This document shows, piece by piece, positions 35,508-39,617 of a stretch of DNA of 39,617 nucleotides; position 1 is the stretch's first letter; the number at the start of each line of letters is the position of its first letter. A program made the translations under genes and the position numbers. The notes beneath the pieces are model-generated. The model did no database searches, had not been told where the DNA came from, and worked only from the letters and a program-made list of their open reading frames with translations. Source of the stretch: Clostridia bacterium (GTDB taxonomy: Bacteria > Bacillota > Clostridia > Oscillospirales > CAG-272); NCBI GenBank assembly GCA_024404665.1, contig JAKSPQ010000001.1, positions 1 to 39,617 on the forward strand, in the 5' to 3' direction.

Positions 35508-36863
35508 ATGGAAGAATTTATTGAATACAACAGGGAAAATGTCCTGAAAACCTATGAGGAGATGGGTGACGCCCTTAAAGCACGCAATACGGAGAACACC
35601 GAGAAGTTCAGAAAAGGTTCTTTTACTCTGAAATTTCAGTCCGAAGGAGACAGAAGAATCCGAATAAAGCAGATAAAGCATTCATTCCTTTTCGGCTCAA
35701 CCGCGTTTATGCTCGGCTCCTTTGAGGATGATCCTTCAAAGGAATCCGTATTCAAAGAGAAGTTTGCCGGAATATGCAACCAGGCAGTTGTTCCGTTTTA
35801 TTGGTCGGATCTTGAACCTGAAGAGGGGAAGCTTCGTTTTGATAAAAACAGCGAGTATATTTATCGCCGCCCGACTCCTGATTCAGTCCTTGAGTTCTGC
35901 AGCGAGTATGGCCTTGAGCCAAAGGGCCATTGTCTTCTGTGGCATATAAGCTTACCGGGATGGCTGTCGAAATACAGCCCGGAAGTCCGTAAGAGGCTGG
36001 TAGAGAAGCGTTTCCGTGAGATTTCGGAGAGATATGCCGACAAAATACCTTCATTTGACATCGTCAACGAATCGTGCTCATTTCAGCCGAAAGCGGATAA
36101 AGTATTATTCCCTGACAGCGAAGAGTACGCTCTGGAGCTCGGAAACAAATACTTCCCGAACAATCGCAAGATACTCAATGAAACCAATGAGGCAATATGG
36201 TATTCATATTTCAGGACAGGTAAGTACATGCCCTTCAATATGCAGCTGAAGGATTTCATCCGTCGCGGTCTGCCATTTGACGAAATCGGTATTCAGTATC
36301 ATATTTTTGCCAAGGAGCAGGACCTGATGAAGGTAGGCGGAGACCGATTTGCATCTCCGTACAGATCTTTCATCGATGCATCGTCAATGATGGGCGTTCT
36401 TGACATGCTTGATGCCTATAATAAACCAATGCATATTTCCGAAATAACCATACCTTCGTATTGGGGCGGCAACGCTGTTCATGAGGATGCACAGGCGGCG
36501 CTCACCGAAATCCTTTACAGAATATGGTTTGCCACACCGAATATGAAGAGCATAGTCTGGTGGAACCTTGTGGACGGTTATGCGGCATATGCTCCGCACG
36601 GAGTCGGAGTTGGCGAGAACAAATACGGAGGCGGATTGCTGAGATATGATCTCTCCGAAAAGCCGGCCTACAAAGTACTTGACAAGCTCATCAATAACGA
36701 ATGGCATACTGAAATCGACGATAAATGCAGCGGAACCGATTATTCCTTCAGAGGCTTTTACGGAGATTATGTAATCGAAACCGAAGAAGAATCGGGACAC
36801 CGGACTCACCGTGTGTCTTTTGACAGCGATGGCTGCGAAGTCTTGGTTAATACCGAAGAGTAA
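35508..36863 (+). CDS. GH10-family xylanase-like glycoside hydrolase, cytoplasmic
   Basis: GH10-like motifs are present: PFYWSDLEPEEGKLRF, KGHCLLWH, FDIVNES (acid/base) and HISEITIPS (nucleophile). I chose the ATG at 35508, which has a GGAG SD 5 nt upstream. The ORF-track start at 35424 lies inside the promoter. Confidence 0.82.
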   Translation: MEEFIEYNRENVLKTYEEMGDALKARNTENTEKFRKGSFTLKFQSEGDRRIRIKQIKHSFLFGSTAFMLGSFEDDPSKESVFKEKFAGICNQAVVPFYWSDLEPEEGKLRFDKNSEYIYRRPTPDSVLEFCSEYGLEPKGHCLLWHISLPGWLSKYSPEVRKRLVEKRFREISERYADKIPSFDIVNESCSFQPKADKVLFPDSEEYALELGNKYFPNNRKILNETNEAIWYSYFRTGKYMPFNMQLKDFIRRGLPFDEIGIQYHIFAKEQDLMKVGGDRFASPYRSFIDASSMMGVLDMLDAYNKPMHISEITIPSYWGGNAVHEDAQAALTEILYRIWFATPNMKSIVWWNLVDGYAAYAPHGVGVGENKYGGGLLRYDLSEKPAYKVLDKLINNEWHTEIDDKCSGTDYSFRGFYGDYVIETEEESGHRTHRVSFDSDGCEVLVNTEE

Positions 36864-36877
36864 AATAACCGAACAAA

Positions 36878-36928
36878 AAATATCCGAACCCGCCGGCGAT
36901 AAGCTGTGGGGTCGGATATTTGTCTTTT
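36878..36928 (+). terminator. Intrinsic terminator of the GH10-like gene
   Basis: The stem is aaatatccgaacc / ggtcggatattt (12 bp with a 1-nt bulge), followed by gtctttt. Confidence 0.6.
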
Positions 36929-37176
36929 GGCGGAGGGAAAGGGGTATGCGCCAATTGCGCAGATTCGCACGTCCTGCGCCTGGAAAGCAAGCTTTCCGAT
37001 CTTCGGACGGCGAATGCGAACCCTTGTGAGATTGCTCTCAAACGGTTTTCAAGAACATAATCAGTTGTCCCTGTTCGTCCCTCTACGTCACTGTTTTGCC
37101 GCTTTTCGTCACTCTTTTTCTGACACTTTCGGAAAACCCCCGGAAATTTGTTAGAAAAGTGTTAGATACAATACTG

Positions 37177-38397
37177 TCAATACTTGTCGCTGAGAAGGAA
37201 ATCGGCAACGTGCATAGTCTCGATTCCTTCATAATTTCCGCCGACAAATTCATCTGTACGCAATACGTACTTCGGATAATTGTCGTGAATAGAAAGCAGC
37301 CGCTCGTATTCACGTTTTTCGGTTCTTTCGGTTTCGATTGATTGTGCCACCTGAATGTAAAGCTTCTTTTCCTGACGTTCGGCAACAAAATCGATTTCGC
37401 CGTCATCGGTCTTGCCAACGTACACGGTATACCCTCTTCGGCACAGTTCAAGATAGACGACGTTTTCGAGACTTGAAGCAACACTGTCAGGTCTGTATCC
37501 CATTACACCGTAGCGCAGTGAAGTGTCTGCCAGGAAAAACTTTTCCTGTGTCTTTAGAATTTCTTTTCCCTTAATATCGTACCTTGAACAGCGGTGGAGA
37601 ATATATGCTTTTTCAAGTTTTTCAAGATAGCTGTACACTGTTTCATTGTCTATAGAACGGTTTTCAGATTTCAGATAATCTGAAATTGACTTTGCCGAAA
37701 AAGTATTGCCGACGTTCTGAAACGTATATCTGACAACTCTCTCAAGCTGATCAATCTTCTTGATCTGACTGCGTTTAACAATATCCGAAAACATCGTGGA
37801 ATTATAAATATCCCTGACGATCGCGTAGATTTCATCGGCTGAATAATTTTGTAAGTGAGTTGCCGGAAAAGCACCGAGTCGGATATACTCGGCAAGTTCC
37901 GAACGAATATCGGAAACGGGTGCATATTGCTTTTTGAATTCAAGATATTCGCTGAAAGAAAGTGTATAAATTCGGAAAGACACGTATCTTCCCGTCAGAT
38001 ACGTTTCGATTTCCGAAGACATCATACGTGAGTTGGAACCGGTAACGTAAATATCCGTGTCAAAGTCGGCAGCAATGGAATTGACCACCTTTTCCCAACC
38101 CTTGATTTCCTGAACCTCATCCAGAAAGAAATACGTTTTCTTCCCGCTTACGATACGATTCTTCAAGGAAGTGTACATCTGTTTTGCAGTCATCTCATCG
38201 TATTCCATGGAGTCAAATCGAAACAATACGATTTGTTCATTGCTGACTCCGCGCTCAGACTGCAGCTTTTCCATCAACATTTTCAAAATAGTGGATTTCC
38301 CACAGCGACGGATCCCGGTCAGTATTTTAACGAACGGAGTATCCGCGTAAGCCATAATTTTATCAACGTAAATAGGTCTGTAAATCATTCTGATCAC
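37177..38397 (-). CDS. AAA_14 / DUF4143-type ATPase
   Basis: 406 aa. The P-loop is ILTGIRRCGKSTI and Walker B is YFFLDEVQ. The C-terminal region is typical of the DUF4143 family. Confidence 0.85.
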   Translation of the reverse strand: MIRMIYRPIYVDKIMAYADTPFVKILTGIRRCGKSTILKMLMEKLQSERGVSNEQIVLFRFDSMEYDEMTAKQMYTSLKNRIVSGKKTYFFLDEVQEIKGWEKVVNSIAADFDTDIYVTGSNSRMMSSEIETYLTGRYVSFRIYTLSFSEYLEFKKQYAPVSDIRSELAEYIRLGAFPATHLQNYSADEIYAIVRDIYNSTMFSDIVKRSQIKKIDQLERVVRYTFQNVGNTFSAKSISDYLKSENRSIDNETVYSYLEKLEKAYILHRCSRYDIKGKEILKTQEKFFLADTSLRYGVMGYRPDSVASSLENVVYLELCRRGYTVYVGKTDDGEIDFVAERQEKKLYIQVAQSIETERTEKREYERLLSIHDNYPKYVLRTDEFVGGNYEGIETMHVADFLLSDKY

Positions 38398-39054
38398 CTC
38401 ATTCTGTATATATTATACCGCAAAATCTCAAGAAGTCAATACGTTTTGCGATTTATAACCGCAAATTTTTTCAAAATTATTATAACCTTGCGATTGCATC
38501 TAAGAAACCATACCAGTACGAAAAGCGAAAAATGTCAAGATGAATCTTGATCTTTCGTGCATTCGTGTCGAAATCCGTTGATTTTTCAAAATTATTCGCG
38601 TATATTTACACGAATAATTCTCGGATAATTACTGATATTAACACGAATGGTATTTGCCGCATTTCGCAGTGCGATTGCAAGATTACAAAAATGCCGCGAA
38701 TTTTATCATCCGTATCACTGAATCTGATTCCACTGAATTGAAATTCAGTATTGTTTTTCCGATTCTCGCTGGACTTCCGGCGGGAGTTGTGATATGTATT
38801 GTGTTGCCTTCGGAGCCCTGCGGCAAATAAGTATACCGAAAGGATACAACATGCAGTCTCGGGTATATGAGTCCGGTAGAATATCGTCTGAGGTATCCAG
38901 ACAACGGCGAACATCAACTCGCACCTCGATGCGCAGAGCAAGCATGAAAGCGCAGCGGCGATCGGCGAAGCATTGAAGATGTATAACGAAAAAGCAAGGG
39001 GGGAACAAAATGTTCACCCCCCTAATGGCAAATTATATTATCGTGAGAGATAGC

Positions 39055-39585
39055 TCAACAAACCGGGATTTGTCTAACTCTTTTAACATCTATTTTCCAG
39101 ATTGTATTACCGCCCTGAAAATAACCGTAATATACCACAACTTCTTTTGCGGTACTTATTGCCTGAGTGATATCGGGCGATAGGGTGCTTTCAAAACGAA
39201 TTTCGCTTGTTCCTTCTTTGACAATAAGATTATAGCCCAAGAACGAGTCTCTATACCGATTCTCCTCGAATGAAATCGATTCCGTATCAGTTACTACTAA
39301 CGTTTCACATGTCCCTTTTTCCATTTTGTTTTGAAAGCGAACAGCATCAAAGAGTTGATAACCGAAGCATATCAAAAAAAAGATAAATACAATTGATATC
39401 GTTATAGGAACTGCGAGATCCCCAAAAAGAAACCCGGAAAATTTTAGATGTTTCTTTTTCATTTTCAGAAATATTACAACAAAAATACCGACTAAGGCAC
39501 ATATTAAGATTGTAACAATAATGCCGTACATCGTTGTGCCTTGCAAAAAATCGGAGTTTTGATAAATTGTATCATAAGTATCCAT
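39055..39585 (-). CDS. Hypothetical small membrane protein (two predicted TM helices)
   Basis: 176 aa. Hydrophobic segments are YGIIVTILICALVGIFVVIFL and LAVPITISIVFIFFLICFGY. The region is AT-rich. I recognise no family. Confidence 0.55.
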   Translation of the reverse strand: MDTYDTIYQNSDFLQGTTMYGIIVTILICALVGIFVVIFLKMKKKHLKFSGFLFGDLAVPITISIVFIFFLICFGYQLFDAVRFQNKMEKGTCETLVVTDTESISFEENRYRDSFLGYNLIVKEGTSEIRFESTLSPDITQAISTAKEVVVYYGYFQGGNTIWKIDVKRVRQIPVC

Positions 39586-39617
39586 ACAGGGATTCCGTTT
39601 CCTTTCAAAGAGATTCT

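Noticed and set aside
38547-39017. Several 60-111-aa overlapping ORFs on both strands between the ATPase and the membrane-protein gene
   Set aside because: They mutually overlap in different frames. None has an SD or a recognisable motif, and their composition is not coding-like. A degraded pseudogene cannot be excluded without a database search.

Overview
This 39.6-kb chromosomal segment has gene content typical of Clostridia (type III glutamine synthetase, split archaeal-type glutamate synthase, ANTAR regulator, intracellular GH10/GH39-like enzymes). The taxon is inferred from gene content only.

Block 1 (0.2-19.4 kb) is a nitrogen-assimilation supercluster.
- The minus strand carries glnN (GS type III), an Amt-PII fusion, a 77-bp x3.5 tandem repeat, asnB, purF, carA and carB.
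- The plus strand, read divergently, carries a five-ORF split GOGAT, a GS type I gene and an ANTAR regulator with a pseudo-receiver domain.
- The 555-bp divergent control region holds two near-consensus promoters. Each is followed by an intrinsic terminator overlapped by a hairpin with an AARGGC hexaloop, which I read as candidate ANTAR antitermination sites.

Block 2 (19.5-24.0 kb) holds a GH-like gene with a divergent AraC regulator, then prfC.

Block 3 (24.0-31.8 kb) is the most interesting part. It is a conspicuously AT-rich, single-strand, translationally coupled operon driven by a consensus promoter.
- It starts with a 57-aa, 10-Cys precursor ORF that is too short for the supplied ORF track: MEIFEDLFQLLDSKAAQTSCSKCNTVSRCGCSVCNTVVQCGCSACQTNTTASCGCSS.
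- It continues with a radical SAM/SPASM maturase, an ABC exporter, an HPr-kinase-like kinase, an NTP_transf_5 nucleotidyltransferase, an acyl carrier protein, an FkbH-like HAD-IIIC loader and a possible C39/BtrH-like protein.
- I read this as a candidate hybrid RiPP system. I do not recognise this gene combination as characterised.

Block 4 (32-39.6 kb) holds a clan GH-A hydrolase, an orphan RACo-like 2Fe-2S/ASKHA protein, a GH10-like xylanase, an AAA_14/DUF4143 ATPase and a small membrane protein.

All family calls come from motifs read in the translations. No database search was run.
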